From: an uncultured delta proteobacterium
GTDB lineage: Bacteria > Desulfobacterota > Binatia > UBA9968
Direction of reading: 5' to 3'
Assembly (NCBI GenBank): GCA_963771465.1
Contig: CAVYTU010000012.1
Location: forward strand, 32,001 to 96,000
DNA: 64,000 nt
Shown here: in pieces, positions 48,570-58,835 of the stretch
How positions within the stretch are numbered: position 1 is the first letter of the stretch
Layout of the letters: each line of letters opens with the position of its first letter
The notes under the pieces: model-generated
What the model saw: the letters and a program-made list of their open reading frames with translations, nothing else
What the model was told of the DNA's origin: nothing
The model's database searches: none
Position numbers and translations under genes: made by a program

Positions 48570-49859
48570 TTGCCACAGTTTAGTAAGACGCGCGGAAATT
48601 TGTCGTTGACTGACACAAGAAACATACAGATCGCTATCATCGGGACTCCTGAGCATGAAGGGCGCATGTGTGGTCGCGCCTTTGAAATTCTCGGTGTCGC
48701 GCCCATCTACCTCGATCCGTCTCAGCCGTTGATACCGACAGCGCCCCCACCCAATGTAGTCTTGATCAGCCGAGAGTGGAGCGTCGACCTCCGCCATGCC
48801 GCCATCGCAGCGCGCCGTCAGGGCATCCCGGTAATCTACATAATGGACGGCGTTATCGAGTGGGCCTATTTCTGGCAGAACTCAGGATTCGTCAAGCCCG
48901 AAGGAACAGTGCTTCAACCGTTGATTGCCAGCGATCTTTGCGTGATCGGACAGCACCCGGCGAGAATCCTTGCGGCGCTGGGATTGGCCGACAAGATTCA
49001 TGTGGTCGGCTTGCCGCGCCTGGATGGATTGAGACGTCAGCGGATAATCGACCAGGAGCAGCCTCCGCGCATCGTAGTGGCCACGGCAAAGACCTTTGGA
49101 CACAACACGGCACATAAAGTGTACGTCCGTGCCGCGTTGCGCGATCTCAAGAACTGGTTCGACGGACACCCGGAATTGAATGCGGTCTGGCGAATTACGG
49201 AAGAGTTGGCCGCGGAACTATCGGTTACGCCCTCGACAACCGGCGCACTTACAGATGCTTTGCAGAGCGCGAATGGGGTTATTTCGTTTACTTCGACGGT
49301 GTTGCTCGAAGCCATGCTCTTGGGGATTCCCACGGCACAGATCGATTACCGAGCCGTGCCGCAGTACGTCGAGACCGCCTGGGAGATTCGTTGTGCCGAG
49401 CATCTCGACGGTGTGATTCAAGAATTATTATTCCCCCCGCCAGAAAGACTTGCATTGCAGGATGCACACCTACGCGATGAACTCGCGTCTGGTGATGCAT
49501 CGGCGCGACTCGCGGCGGTGTTGCGTGACGCTGCCGGCGGTACGCATGATGCGGCACAGTCGCAAAGTCAGACTGCTCTAATGACGGGCCAACTCGATTT
49601 TCGCCAGATCCATTCGCATCTCTCGGCATTTTCAGTATCTCCAGCGGCGAGGCTCCAATATGAATTGGATGCCACTTACAAACTGTGGGAGCGGGACCGA
49701 CATCAATTCCGAATCGCGCAGACAAAAGTCGCTGATCTGCGTCGTGCAATTGATTTCATCGCTCAAGAACCGTGCATTCGACTATTGCAGAAGCTTAATT
49801 GGCTGCCAGGATTCCGACGAACGGCGCGCGTGTTAAAGCACCTGATTAGCCAAGAGTAG
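48570..49859 (+). CDS. Hypothetical protein, possibly a GT-B-like glycan enzyme with C-terminal coiled coil
   Basis: VVGLPRLD and STVLLEAMLLGIP resemble GT-B/capsule-type transferases; in glycan locus. Confidence 0.55.
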   Translation: MPQFSKTRGNLSLTDTRNIQIAIIGTPEHEGRMCGRAFEILGVAPIYLDPSQPLIPTAPPPNVVLISREWSVDLRHAAIAARRQGIPVIYIMDGVIEWAYFWQNSGFVKPEGTVLQPLIASDLCVIGQHPARILAALGLADKIHVVGLPRLDGLRRQRIIDQEQPPRIVVATAKTFGHNTAHKVYVRAALRDLKNWFDGHPELNAVWRITEELAAELSVTPSTTGALTDALQSANGVISFTSTVLLEAMLLGIPTAQIDYRAVPQYVETAWEIRCAEHLDGVIQELLFPPPERLALQDAHLRDELASGDASARLAAVLRDAAGGTHDAAQSQSQTALMTGQLDFRQIHSHLSAFSVSPAARLQYELDATYKLWERDRHQFRIAQTKVADLRRAIDFIAQEPCIRLLQKLNWLPGFRRTARVLKHLISQE

Positions 49860-49869
49860 AGAGCTACAT

Positions 49870-52269
49870 TTGCCAATAAACCCAGCCGTGATTGTACCCG
49901 TGCCGGAGATCCCTGAATCTGAGCTTGGCGCGCACCCATGCTCTGCTGATTGGGAAGAGGGCATCGGGACTGCCGTTAGTTTCACTGACAACCAGCAGGG
50001 CAACAATGATTTTGTCGCTTCTGTTCTGCGATGTAACTACGCCGAGGCATGCCGGCAGCGCGACTGCGTTCCACTATCAACAGGCTGGCGTGTGTGGGCT
50101 GCGACGAAGTCGGCTTATCTTTTACGACAACTCTTTCGCATTACGGCTTGGACGATGGATTCTGCGGTGGGTTCGGTTCGAACCATTCGTAGTTTGCGCG
50201 CAGATGTCGGGCTCTGCGACAGCGCAGACGTAGTGAGTTTCGACGTTTTCGACACGCTACTCTATCGCACGGTCGAGCCGCCAGAACAGTTGAAGCGTTT
50301 GGTGGCGAACTTTGCAGCCGAACGTTATTCCGCTCGAGGCTATCCTGTGACGGCTGAACTGATTCTGTACTTAAGGAATGAAAGCGAATGGCGCCAACGA
50401 CGCGTCGCGCAAAGCGCTGGCTCCGATATGGAATGCAAGCTGTTCGAGATAATTCACGAAGTGCTATATCGTTTGTTTGGCGCTGACGTGGCTGATTCGG
50501 ACGCTGGTTTGCTGGTGCAAAACGAACTCGACATGGAGCGACAACACTTGCGGGTGGCGGACGGTGTTGCGGAAATGCTTCAGGAACTAAAGTCACGTGG
50601 TAAACGATTATCGCCACGAGCGACACCTATCTCGAACAACCCACCTGCAAGAACTATTTGCCAATTGGGGATCGGCCGTTGGATCGACGCGATCTATCCA
50701 TCATCGGAACATGGCTTGAGCAAATACTCGGGACGGTTGTTTCAAGAAATACTAAAGACTGAAGGCATTCATCCACAACGGATGATTCATGTCGGCGATA
50801 CTTACCAGAGTGACGTCCGTGGCGCCGTCAAGGCGGGTGTGCCAGCGGTCTTTCTATTCGACGTTGAACGCCTTCGGCGCCGCCGCCGGGTCGCGCACGA
50901 AATGGTGCCGTTCGTCATACGAAATTCGCCGGCGATAGCGCTTACGTCGCAAAAGTCCTCCGCATTGGTGTTGGTGCTGGCCCAAATGGACCGCCAACCA
51001 GAGATCTACCGGATTGGCTACGAAATCCTTGGCCCAGCATTTACGCTATTTGTCCTCGACGTGATCCACGAAGCTGAACGGATTGGCGCCGCCGATATTT
51101 ATTACTTGGCACGGGAAGGCCATTTGTTTCGTCAGCTCCACGAAATCTTGGCGACACGACTTCCGGCGCTAACACACCTGCCGCGAGTACAGCATCATTA
51201 TCTTTACGTTAGCCGGCTCGCAACCAGCCTGCCGGCGATTCGCACATTGAGCCCACGAGAGTTGCATTTGGCGGCTTATCGCGATCGACATGCGACATTA
51301 GCTGAATGCATCGATGCGTTCGGACTTGATGCTGCTGAGTTTGCCGACTTGGGGATTGATTTTAATAACCGCGACGAAACCGCAAGAGCAAATCTATTTG
51401 CCCATCCAGAATTCGCAAGTCGTGTGCATGAGCGTGCGGAAGCGGCGCGGGCACGCCTTCGTAGTTATCTGGTTCAGGAAGGGTTGTTTAACGCTCAGCA
51501 TGTCAAAGTTCTGGTCGACATCGGCTGGAACGCAACAATTCAAGCCAACTTAACCAACGCCTTTGAGGATGATCCCGAGTTTCCCATGTTAGTTGGTTAT
51601 TACTTTGGTCGAAGGTATCGCCACGAAGAATATACGGTCTCGCCGCGGAGTCTATTCATGCCGGGGCGGTTCTTCGATCAGAAACGACCGGCCGGTGCGG
51701 AACATGCTATCGGCCACTGTCTAGAGTTATTCGAACTCGCCGCCACGGCTCCGCACGGGGCCACGTTGACGTATCAAGAAATTGACGCGCGGATTGCGCC
51801 GGTGCTGAGCAACGAAGGCGCACAGCTTTCGGATGAGCAGAAATTGCTACAGTCCGGAATCGTGGACTACGCTCTCAACTTCACACAGGCTCAAAGCCTC
51901 GCCGGCTTTAATAATAATATTGATGCGCTACGAGGGCAGTCGGTCCACAGCCTTGCGCAGCTAATATTGCGACCGAATTCGGTGCAAGCCGGCGCTCTCA
52001 GAAATCTCTCTCATTCTCTCGATTGGGGGTCGAAGAAGCACCGCCGCTTGGTCTCGGCTAGTATCGGTCCCCTGCTGATGTTCACGCCGCGGCGCTTCTA
52101 CGATGCGCTGAAGGAAAGTTATTGGCTTGAAGGCTGTATGCGGGCGTCGCGGATTCCCGGTGCTTTGGTTTGTTTGTTGCTCGTTCGGCGCGCGATCCGC
52201 CTTACAGAAATGTTTGTGCGCGTTCGTCGCGCTGCTAACCATTACTTTCAACCAAAATCGATAGTTTAA
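49870..52269 (+). CDS. HAD-superfamily hydrolase of surface-glycan loci
   Basis: VSFDVFDTLL.R, SSE.G.SK.SG.LF, HVGD...SD, YYLAREG, LVDIGW; a probable compensating frameshift near 50610-50660 hides the SDTY motif; start uncertain. Confidence 0.85.
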   Translation: MPINPAVIVPVPEIPESELGAHPCSADWEEGIGTAVSFTDNQQGNNDFVASVLRCNYAEACRQRDCVPLSTGWRVWAATKSAYLLRQLFRITAWTMDSAVGSVRTIRSLRADVGLCDSADVVSFDVFDTLLYRTVEPPEQLKRLVANFAAERYSARGYPVTAELILYLRNESEWRQRRVAQSAGSDMECKLFEIIHEVLYRLFGADVADSDAGLLVQNELDMERQHLRVADGVAEMLQELKSRGKRLSPRATPISNNPPARTICQLGIGRWIDAIYPSSEHGLSKYSGRLFQEILKTEGIHPQRMIHVGDTYQSDVRGAVKAGVPAVFLFDVERLRRRRRVAHEMVPFVIRNSPAIALTSQKSSALVLVLAQMDRQPEIYRIGYEILGPAFTLFVLDVIHEAERIGAADIYYLAREGHLFRQLHEILATRLPALTHLPRVQHHYLYVSRLATSLPAIRTLSPRELHLAAYRDRHATLAECIDAFGLDAAEFADLGIDFNNRDETARANLFAHPEFASRVHERAEAARARLRSYLVQEGLFNAQHVKVLVDIGWNATIQANLTNAFEDDPEFPMLVGYYFGRRYRHEEYTVSPRSLFMPGRFFDQKRPAGAEHAIGHCLELFELAATAPHGATLTYQEIDARIAPVLSNEGAQLSDEQKLLQSGIVDYALNFTQAQSLAGFNNNIDALRGQSVHSLAQLILRPNSVQAGALRNLSHSLDWGSKKHRRLVSASIGPLLMFTPRRFYDALKESYWLEGCMRASRIPGALVCLLLVRRAIRLTEMFVRVRRAANHYFQPKSIV

Positions 52270-52318
52270 TGAGAGCCCACTATGAGTCAAAGGCGATTTT
52301 CCGACGAGGAGGCAATGT

Positions 52319-53110
52319 GTGATTGTTAGCGCAATCGTGGTTTTCATCTTTGGCGCGCTCGTTGGTAGTTTTTTGAACGTTTGCATTGGCCGCATCCCCA
52401 ACGGAGAGTCGATCGTGACACCGCCGTCCCACTGTCCGAAGTGCAAAACGCCGATCGCGTTCTATGACAACGTGCCGCTGCTCAGTTTTCTTTTTTTGCG
52501 CGGCCGCTGTCGATCGTGCAGTGAGCGGATCTCGCCTCGCTATTTTATTATCGAGCTATTAACGGCGTTACTCGCGTTGGCGGTGTTTCACTGGTTCGGT
52601 TTCAGTTTCAGCTTCTTCGTAAGTTTCGTCTTTGTTGCGGCGCTTATCGTGATTTCCTTTATCGACTTGGATGTCCGGATCGTTCCTGATGTTATCAGCT
52701 TGCCCGGCATCATCCTCGGACTTGCGTGCTCCGTTATTGGTTATTTTTATTTCCGCGACGGTTTGAACGTCATTCCAACGCCAATCAGTTCGCTCATAGG
52801 CATCCTTGCGGGTGGCGGTTTTTTGCTGGCTACGGCGTGGATCTACGAGAAGTTTACCGGAGTCGACGGCATGGGCGGCGGCGACATAAAACTGTTGGCG
52901 ATGATCGGCGCATTTCTCGGATGGCCTTCGATTCCAGTCACGCTCTTTATCGCGTCATTACTGGGCTCAGTGGTTGGGATTGCCTGCATGGTAATCACCG
53001 GCGCCGGGCGTCGCTTGGCCTTGCCGTTCGCGCCGTTTCTCTGCTCTGGCGCGCTGATCTACCTTTTTTATGGCGAGCAAATTATTGATTTTTATATCTC
53101 TCCATCCTAA
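52319..53110 (+). CDS. pilD: Prepilin peptidase
   Basis: GSFLNV.I.R.P, CPKC, GRCRSC, FID, GMGGGDIKL, PFAPFL. Confidence 0.95.
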   Translation: MIVSAIVVFIFGALVGSFLNVCIGRIPNGESIVTPPSHCPKCKTPIAFYDNVPLLSFLFLRGRCRSCSERISPRYFIIELLTALLALAVFHWFGFSFSFFVSFVFVAALIVISFIDLDVRIVPDVISLPGIILGLACSVIGYFYFRDGLNVIPTPISSLIGILAGGGFLLATAWIYEKFTGVDGMGGGDIKLLAMIGAFLGWPSIPVTLFIASLLGSVVGIACMVITGAGRRLALPFAPFLCSGALIYLFYGEQIIDFYISPS

Positions 53111-53259
53111 GCCGCACCGACATTGGTCCTGCCAAAAACCGTCACTTGCGCGTTTTTTGTTACGTTATTCAGTTTCCTTCGCCCCACATTTGGGAAGGAC
53201 AGAGGCAAATTAGCGCCAACGTTACACGCAATCCCTGACATCTCAGTCTCCTGTCCCAT

Positions 53260-53275
53260 TGGTCCGCCAATTGCT
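53260..53275 (+). promoter_or_regulatory. Sigma54 (-24/-12) promoter
   Basis: TGGTCCGCCAATTGCT = GG-N10-GC with TTGC, ~70 bp upstream of the minor pilin operon. Confidence 0.6.
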
Positions 53276-53342
53276 CGTTAAATAATCGATTCATGGTGCT
53301 TAGAAGGTCGCCTGAAAAGTCATTGAGAACGTAGATACCAGG

Positions 53343-53795
53343 ATGATAGCGAAAAATTTCAAATCAAGGCCGCCATTAACCAAAAGCCGCGGTTTTACGA
53401 TCATTGAGTTAATGGTCGTCATGGGAGTTTTCGCGATATTAACAGCAATCGCGGTGCCCCAGTTTAGCGCTATGCAACCGAAGTTCCGTTTGGACGGCGC
53501 AGCCCGGCAAGTGTTTAGCGAACTTATGTCGGCGCGGGCAAAAGCGGTGAACGAAAATATCACCTATACGGTAACTTTCCCCAATACCTACACCGTGCAA
53601 ATTGTCGGATCGGCAACGAGAACGGTAAATCTTCGGACACTTTTCGATTCCGATGTCACGGTGTCGAGTACCGCGGCGACGATCAATCTGTCGTCACGCG
53701 GAACCTCGGATGTAGGCTCCACGATCACCGTTACCAATGCCGCCGGAAGCAAGACCGTATCGCTTAGGATCACCGGCGGCGCGACGATCAGCTGA
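53343..53795 (+). CDS. fimT: Type IV minor pilin FimT/FimU-like
   Basis: GFTIIELMVV prepilin motif, AVP.F, ARAKAV. Confidence 0.85.
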   Translation: MIAKNFKSRPPLTKSRGFTIIELMVVMGVFAILTAIAVPQFSAMQPKFRLDGAARQVFSELMSARAKAVNENITYTVTFPNTYTVQIVGSATRTVNLRTLFDSDVTVSSTAATINLSSRGTSDVGSTITVTNAAGSKTVSLRITGGATIS

Positions 53796-54211
53796 TGCGC
53801 AACACGATGAAATTAAGATTTCTCAAAGCGGCGCAGAACGAGAAAGGGTTCACACTCATCGAACTCTTCACCGCCATCTTCATACTAACAACCGGTTTAT
53901 TGGGAACGGCGGCGATGACCGCGAGCGTGATACGCGGCAACGTGGCTGGCAGGAACCAGACAACCGCGACGGCGATCGCGGAGTCATGCTTTCAAGAAAA
54001 CCGCCGGGTCGGCTATCTCCTTGCTGGGACCACGGGTTGCGTTGGCTCGGCGGCGGTGTCGCTCGGCGGCGTAACCTTTACGCGAGTCTTGGCCGCTGTC
54101 GATACCTCAGTGACCAATATGAAAACTCTCACCGTGACGGTTAGCTGGTCGGAGGGTACGGCCGGCAATCGATCGATTACAATGAAAACGAGCATTGCTT
54201 ACGGAAGCTGA
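53795..54211 (+). CDS. pilV: Type IV minor pilin PilV-like
   Basis: GFTLIEL..A..IL..GLLG; VTVSW. Confidence 0.82.
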   Translation: MRNTMKLRFLKAAQNEKGFTLIELFTAIFILTTGLLGTAAMTASVIRGNVAGRNQTTATAIAESCFQENRRVGYLLAGTTGCVGSAAVSLGGVTFTRVLAAVDTSVTNMKTLTVTVSWSEGTAGNRSITMKTSIAYGS

Positions 54212-54216
54212 GTGAT

Positions 54217-54819
54217 ATGCGTCGAGGGATACATACAGATCGTGCCGGATTTACTCTGATCGAGATGATGGTGTCGATGACCATCGGGATGTTGGTCATC
54301 GCCGGCGTCACCGGCACGTTCACCGCTCAGACTCGTCAGAACAAAGCTGAGGAAGAGATATCCCAGATGCATCAGAATGTCCGCGGCGCCATCGATTTAA
54401 TTGGCCGCGAACTCATGCAAGCCGGTTACAAGGCTTCCGGAGGTAGTGTGACAGGAGTCACCTACAACGCGTCGCAGCTGCTCATTCAGGCTGATATCGA
54501 TGGTAACGGCGCTATCGATCCCACGAACAACACGAGCCTTGAATATATCGTCTATGTATGGGACTCGGCAAATATGCGAATAACCCGGCAGCTCGGGACC
54601 GGGGGTACGCCGCAAATAGTCGCGGATAACATAACGGCGTGCACATTTAGCTACAACGACGCAAGCGGTGTGTCGACAACGACGAGCTCCTTGATTCGGA
54701 AAGTAACCGTCAACATTACCGGCAGGACCGCCAAAGTCGATCCAAGCTATTCGAGCAACGGTGGATACCGTACTTATCAACTCAGCGTTGATGTCACTCC
54801 GCCCAATTTGGCGCTCTAG
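54217..54819 (+). CDS. pilW: Type IV minor pilin PilW-like
   Basis: GFTLIEMMV; Q.VR.AID.I.RELMQAGY. Confidence 0.82.
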   Translation: MRRGIHTDRAGFTLIEMMVSMTIGMLVIAGVTGTFTAQTRQNKAEEEISQMHQNVRGAIDLIGRELMQAGYKASGGSVTGVTYNASQLLIQADIDGNGAIDPTNNTSLEYIVYVWDSANMRITRQLGTGGTPQIVADNITACTFSYNDASGVSTTTSSLIRKVTVNITGRTAKVDPSYSSNGGYRTYQLSVDVTPPNLAL

Positions 54820-54837
54820 CAGCGCGGGAGACTATAG

Positions 54838-56025
54838 ATGAAAGTAGCAGCTAATATTGCGAGAAGTTCCTGCGCGAGAATTCTCAGTAAGGACGACGGC
54901 TTCATCCTAATCGCAGCACTCACGCTCATGGCGACCCTCGTCTTGGTCGGAGCGACGACCTATATAGTTTCGTCGAGCAACGCCAAAGTCGGGGCCAATT
55001 TCAAGACTAGTCAAACAGCATTGCAAGTGGCGATGGCGGGGGCGGAAAGGGGACGTGAAATATTGCGCGCGCTCAACGCGTCCAGCACTAACAAAACCCA
55101 ATTCAGCGAGGAACTGGCACAATATGTCGGGGCCAATGGCCAACTGAATGGCAACGCGACGTCAAGCGACGATCCGCTCTTGGCTACGGGAACTTTGGGA
55201 AATTATGCCTACAACGCATATTTAACTAACAACAGCAGTGCGACCGACTCGCAGATGAGTACGACTGACAATGACGGTATTGCGATGATTACTACGATAG
55301 CGACTGGACCAAATAACTCCAAGGCAGTGGTTATCACTCAGGTCAAGACATACTCTATCCCTAATGCACCCGGGGCTATTTACTCCAAAGACAATGTCAC
55401 CTTGAACGGAAGTTCGCTATCGATCGACGGCAACGATGCTTCTGGTTGCGGCGGCACCAATCAGCCTCCCGTTTACACAATGGATCCCGCATATACCTGT
55501 TATCCAGGAACGACTGAAACGCGCTGCGGTAATCCCAACAACGCCAACGGTCCGAATTTGACAGGCAACCCGAGCACGCCTCAATACGGTAGTACGAGCA
55601 TTGATATCAACACACTGGTAAGCGAACTCAAAAACGCGGCGACGAATGTTCTCACCGAAAATCAGACCAATGCGACATTCGGCGGAGCTAGTGATTATCG
55701 GGTCGTTTACGCCGATGCCACTACGCTCACAGGTGGCGAACTTAGGTTAAACAATGTAACCGGATATGGGATACTGGTCGTGAAGGGTAATTTGCAACTC
55801 GCGGGTAACCTCACTTGGAACGGTCCAATCATCGTCACGGGGATTGTCACATCCAGCGGTGGCGGTAGCGACCCCAAGAACATCCAGGGCCAGGTCATTT
55901 CCGGAAGTAGTGCGCTAGGCGACACAACTGTCAGCGGTAGCATCTCTGTTGGTTACAATAGTTGCAACGTTCGCAATGCGTTCTCCGTGGCGCCTTTAAA
56001 AGTCGTTAACTGGAAAAACAACTGA
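54838..56025 (+). CDS. pilX: PilX-like minor pilin
   Basis: GFILIAAL (no Glu5), ALQ.AMAGAE, GYGILVV.G.L; last of fimT-pilV-pilW series. Confidence 0.78.
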   Translation: MKVAANIARSSCARILSKDDGFILIAALTLMATLVLVGATTYIVSSSNAKVGANFKTSQTALQVAMAGAERGREILRALNASSTNKTQFSEELAQYVGANGQLNGNATSSDDPLLATGTLGNYAYNAYLTNNSSATDSQMSTTDNDGIAMITTIATGPNNSKAVVITQVKTYSIPNAPGAIYSKDNVTLNGSSLSIDGNDASGCGGTNQPPVYTMDPAYTCYPGTTETRCGNPNNANGPNLTGNPSTPQYGSTSIDINTLVSELKNAATNVLTENQTNATFGGASDYRVVYADATTLTGGELRLNNVTGYGILVVKGNLQLAGNLTWNGPIIVTGIVTSSGGGSDPKNIQGQVISGSSALGDTTVSGSISVGYNSCNVRNAFSVAPLKVVNWKNN

Positions 56026-56035
56026 TTCAGTTAAA

Positions 56036-56581
56036 CTATTTTCCTATTGCCTCGTCTACCGCCGCGCCCATTTTTTGCAGCTCATTAAATTCGCGGCCAT
56101 AATCGAGGAATAACCGGTTGTCCTTAAGAATCTTGTTCTTGTAGTCAGAGATATCCTTGAGAAGCGCGCGAGCGTCCTCAGGGAACATGCCACGAATACC
56201 TTCTGACCGCTCCTTGAGTTTTGCTACGTCTTGCGTGATCGTATCGTTTTCGTTCTTTTCGGCTGGTGATTTCGTCTCGGTTGCTGGTGTTCTTTTTGTC
56301 GACTCTAATTCGCTTTCTTGTGAATTCGTCTGAGGCTTTTCTGCCGGATCCGTCGCGGTCGCCACTCGGATTACTTGTTCAGTTTTTTCAATCTTCCCTA
56401 CAAATGCCTTGTCGATGCCGAAGATGCCACCATAGGTGTCGAATAGTATTTGGCTGCCTTCTTGCCAGTAGCGGGTGGTGACGTATTCGTTGCCGTTCTT
56501 CAGTTTGATCACATAGGCCGCGCTGGCGACGTCGAGCATCCCGCACGCGGTAACGATGAAAGCGATCACTTTTTTCTGCAT
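56036..56581 (-). CDS. Hypothetical secreted protein
   Basis: Signal peptide; I.LKNG start of mature region. Confidence 0.7.
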   Translation of the reverse strand: MQKKVIAFIVTACGMLDVASAAYVIKLKNGNEYVTTRYWQEGSQILFDTYGGIFGIDKAFVGKIEKTEQVIRVATATDPAEKPQTNSQESELESTKRTPATETKSPAEKNENDTITQDVAKLKERSEGIRGMFPEDARALLKDISDYKNKILKDNRLFLDYGREFNELQKMGAAVDEAIGK

Positions 56582-56744
56582 TTTTACTCTCGTCTCGATT
56601 CTGGGGTCATTTTACCATCTATCAACGCCACTGCCAAAAGTTTCTTTCAAGTCAGAGTTTCGTTACGATAGTCTCCCCTCTTGATGACCCTAGCCGCGCA
56701 GAAAATTATTGAGAGTTAAACGAACCTTGTGTTAGATTAAGCCG

Positions 56745-57392
56745 ATGTCGGGAACGCTGCGGAGTTCGTCTACTTCGATCATACTCCTCCTTGCTATTTC
56801 TTTTAGCAGCGATCGGGCTGAACCCGCGGAAATGAAAGCGGCGGTTTCCGGTTCTCCGACGGCGAATCTTCGCGCGGGCGCAGGGGTTGACCATCCGCTC
56901 AAACTGACTCTCAAAGAAGGCGACCAAGTCACTGTCGAAAAAGCTGAAGGTGAGTGGTTTCTCGTCGCGGCCGCTGACGGGCAGAAGGGTTACATCCATA
57001 AAAACCTGCTAAGGCTTGCCGGCGAGACTTTAGCACAATCTGTAGCCGGTCAAACTCCGATTCAGAAAGTTGCCGCCGCACAAGGCAAGGAGCCTGCGAA
57101 AGAAGCGACACCTCCGGCAGCGGTTGGTCCTGCCAGTCAAAGTCCAACGGTTGCGCCAACGAAGGCGGGTGGTTCGTCTAAGACGACACCTCCTGCAACC
57201 GTATCCGCGGCGGCACCGCAACGCGAGCCGGAAGCGAAATCGCAGTCGATTCTGCAAATGATCGAAGGTCATGAGGCTGAAGTTAAAATCGCCGCTCTGG
57301 TCGCCGCGATCGCATTTGTGCTGGGTTGGTTTTGCGGCGGCAGTTACTACATCCGGCGGGAACGTAAGACGCGGCGCAAACTTCGTTTCTGA
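56745..57392 (+). CDS. SH3 domain protein with C-terminal TM anchor
   Basis: ANLRAGAG, G.W..V...DG.KGYIH; Pro/Ala linker; C-terminal TM and basic tail. Confidence 0.8.
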   Translation: MSGTLRSSSTSIILLLAISFSSDRAEPAEMKAAVSGSPTANLRAGAGVDHPLKLTLKEGDQVTVEKAEGEWFLVAAADGQKGYIHKNLLRLAGETLAQSVAGQTPIQKVAAAQGKEPAKEATPPAAVGPASQSPTVAPTKAGGSSKTTPPATVSAAAPQREPEAKSQSILQMIEGHEAEVKIAALVAAIAFVLGWFCGGSYYIRRERKTRRKLRF

Positions 57393-57419
57393 GCGGTCTG
57401 GCGCCGACACGTCGCACCG

Positions 57420-58007
57420 ATGCTCGTGATCATCCTGCTCATTTTTGCCGCCTATGTAATCGGCTCAGTGCCGACCGGTTATCTACTCGGCAAACTTCGC
57501 GGCGTCGACGTCAGAACGATCGGCAGCGGCAACGTCGGCGCAACCAATGTCGCCCGCGCGGTTGGCAAGTCTCAAGGCATCATCACACTAATCGCCGACG
57601 CGGCGAAAGGTTATTTGCCGGTCTTTACGGCGCTACAGTTGGGACAAGATTCGCTAACTGTTGCACTGACGGCAATCGCGGCATTCCTCGGCCATCTCTA
57701 TCCGCTGTTTTTGAATTTTCGGGGAGGAAAAGGCGTGGCCACCGGCTTCGGAGCGCTCCTGGCTTTGGCGCCGATGGCCACGTTGGTTTTGGTCGTCGTT
57801 TTTGCACTTACGGCGGTTGCGACTCGAATCGTTTCCCTTGGTTCCCTCGCCACGGCGGTGGCAGCGCCGTTAAGTCTCTGGCTCTTCCATCAACCGGCGG
57901 CCATCGTTGCCATGGGCTGCTTTCTCGGCGCGATGGTGATCAGGCGCCACCGCGCAAACATCCGACGCTTGCTTGCCGGCACCGAGCCGCGTTTTGGTGC
58001 CGACTAA
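57420..58007 (+). CDS. plsY: Glycerol-3-phosphate acyltransferase
   Basis: GSGNVGATNV.R, GHLYP.F..FRGGKGVAT, RHRANI.RL..G.E. Confidence 0.95.
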   Translation: MLVIILLIFAAYVIGSVPTGYLLGKLRGVDVRTIGSGNVGATNVARAVGKSQGIITLIADAAKGYLPVFTALQLGQDSLTVALTAIAAFLGHLYPLFLNFRGGKGVATGFGALLALAPMATLVLVVVFALTAVATRIVSLGSLATAVAAPLSLWLFHQPAAIVAMGCFLGAMVIRRHRANIRRLLAGTEPRFGAD

Positions 58008-58711
58008 TTTTCTATAATAACTTCGACGCGGCGATTTTGTTGGCGTCCGCTTTCGTTGTCGTTGGTTGCCACCGGTGCGCGGGTGCCGAGACCCTGCGAT
58101 GAAATATTTCGGCCATTGACACCGTTTCGCTCCAAGGCATCGGCGACCGTGCCAGCACGCCGCTCGGACAGACGCTGATTGTAGGCTTCCTGTGCGGCGC
58201 TTTCCCGGCTGGCGTGACCTTCGACGACGATCCGGCGGTCGGGCGCGTCACGGCGAATGATGCCGGCGATTTGATCGACTTTGCTTCTACCATCGCGGGT
58301 CAAGTCGGCGCTGTCGAACTCAAAATTGACGCTCGGCAGATTGACCAAGACGCCGCGACTGGTCTCTTTCGCTTCGATATTGCGTTTGCGCAGCTCTTCG
58401 ATCAGAGCGCGGTTTTTTTCAAGTTCGGCGCGTTGCTGATCGATCGCCTTCTGCTGCTCCTTTTGCTTGTTATCCTGGCCTTGGAGCTGGTCGCCGATGA
58501 GCGCGCCGGTGCCCAATCCTAGGAGGCCGCCAATTGCTGCGCCGGTTCCGGGTCGACCGACTGCCGCGCCGATCAATCCGCCAGCCGCCGCTCCTCCGAG
58601 GGCGCCGATACCCGCGCCTTTTTCGCGGGTGGTGATTTCACCACCGGCACATCCGGCGAGCACCGCGGCAAGTAATAATGATCCAGTAGATAATTGCTTG
58701 AACATGCTCAT
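58004..58711 (-). CDS. OmpA-family lipoprotein with glycine zipper
   Basis: Lipobox LAGC, glycine zipper, F.FDSA.L, EGH, YNQ.LSERRA, NRRVE. Confidence 0.9.
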   Translation of the reverse strand: MSMFKQLSTGSLLLAAVLAGCAGGEITTREKGAGIGALGGAAAGGLIGAAVGRPGTGAAIGGLLGLGTGALIGDQLQGQDNKQKEQQKAIDQQRAELEKNRALIEELRKRNIEAKETSRGVLVNLPSVNFEFDSADLTRDGRSKVDQIAGIIRRDAPDRRIVVEGHASRESAAQEAYNQRLSERRAGTVADALERNGVNGRNISSQGLGTRAPVATNDNESGRQQNRRVEVIIEN

Positions 58712-58835
58712 AACCCTCCTGAGCCTCGATGGCTAATGTAGTCGATCGCAATGTGTTAGACGTTTCGAACCTCAGCGCGCACTTAATTTCGAGCAAGCCA
58801 TTTAGAAAACTTCTCGCCGGAACGGGCGCGGGGGA

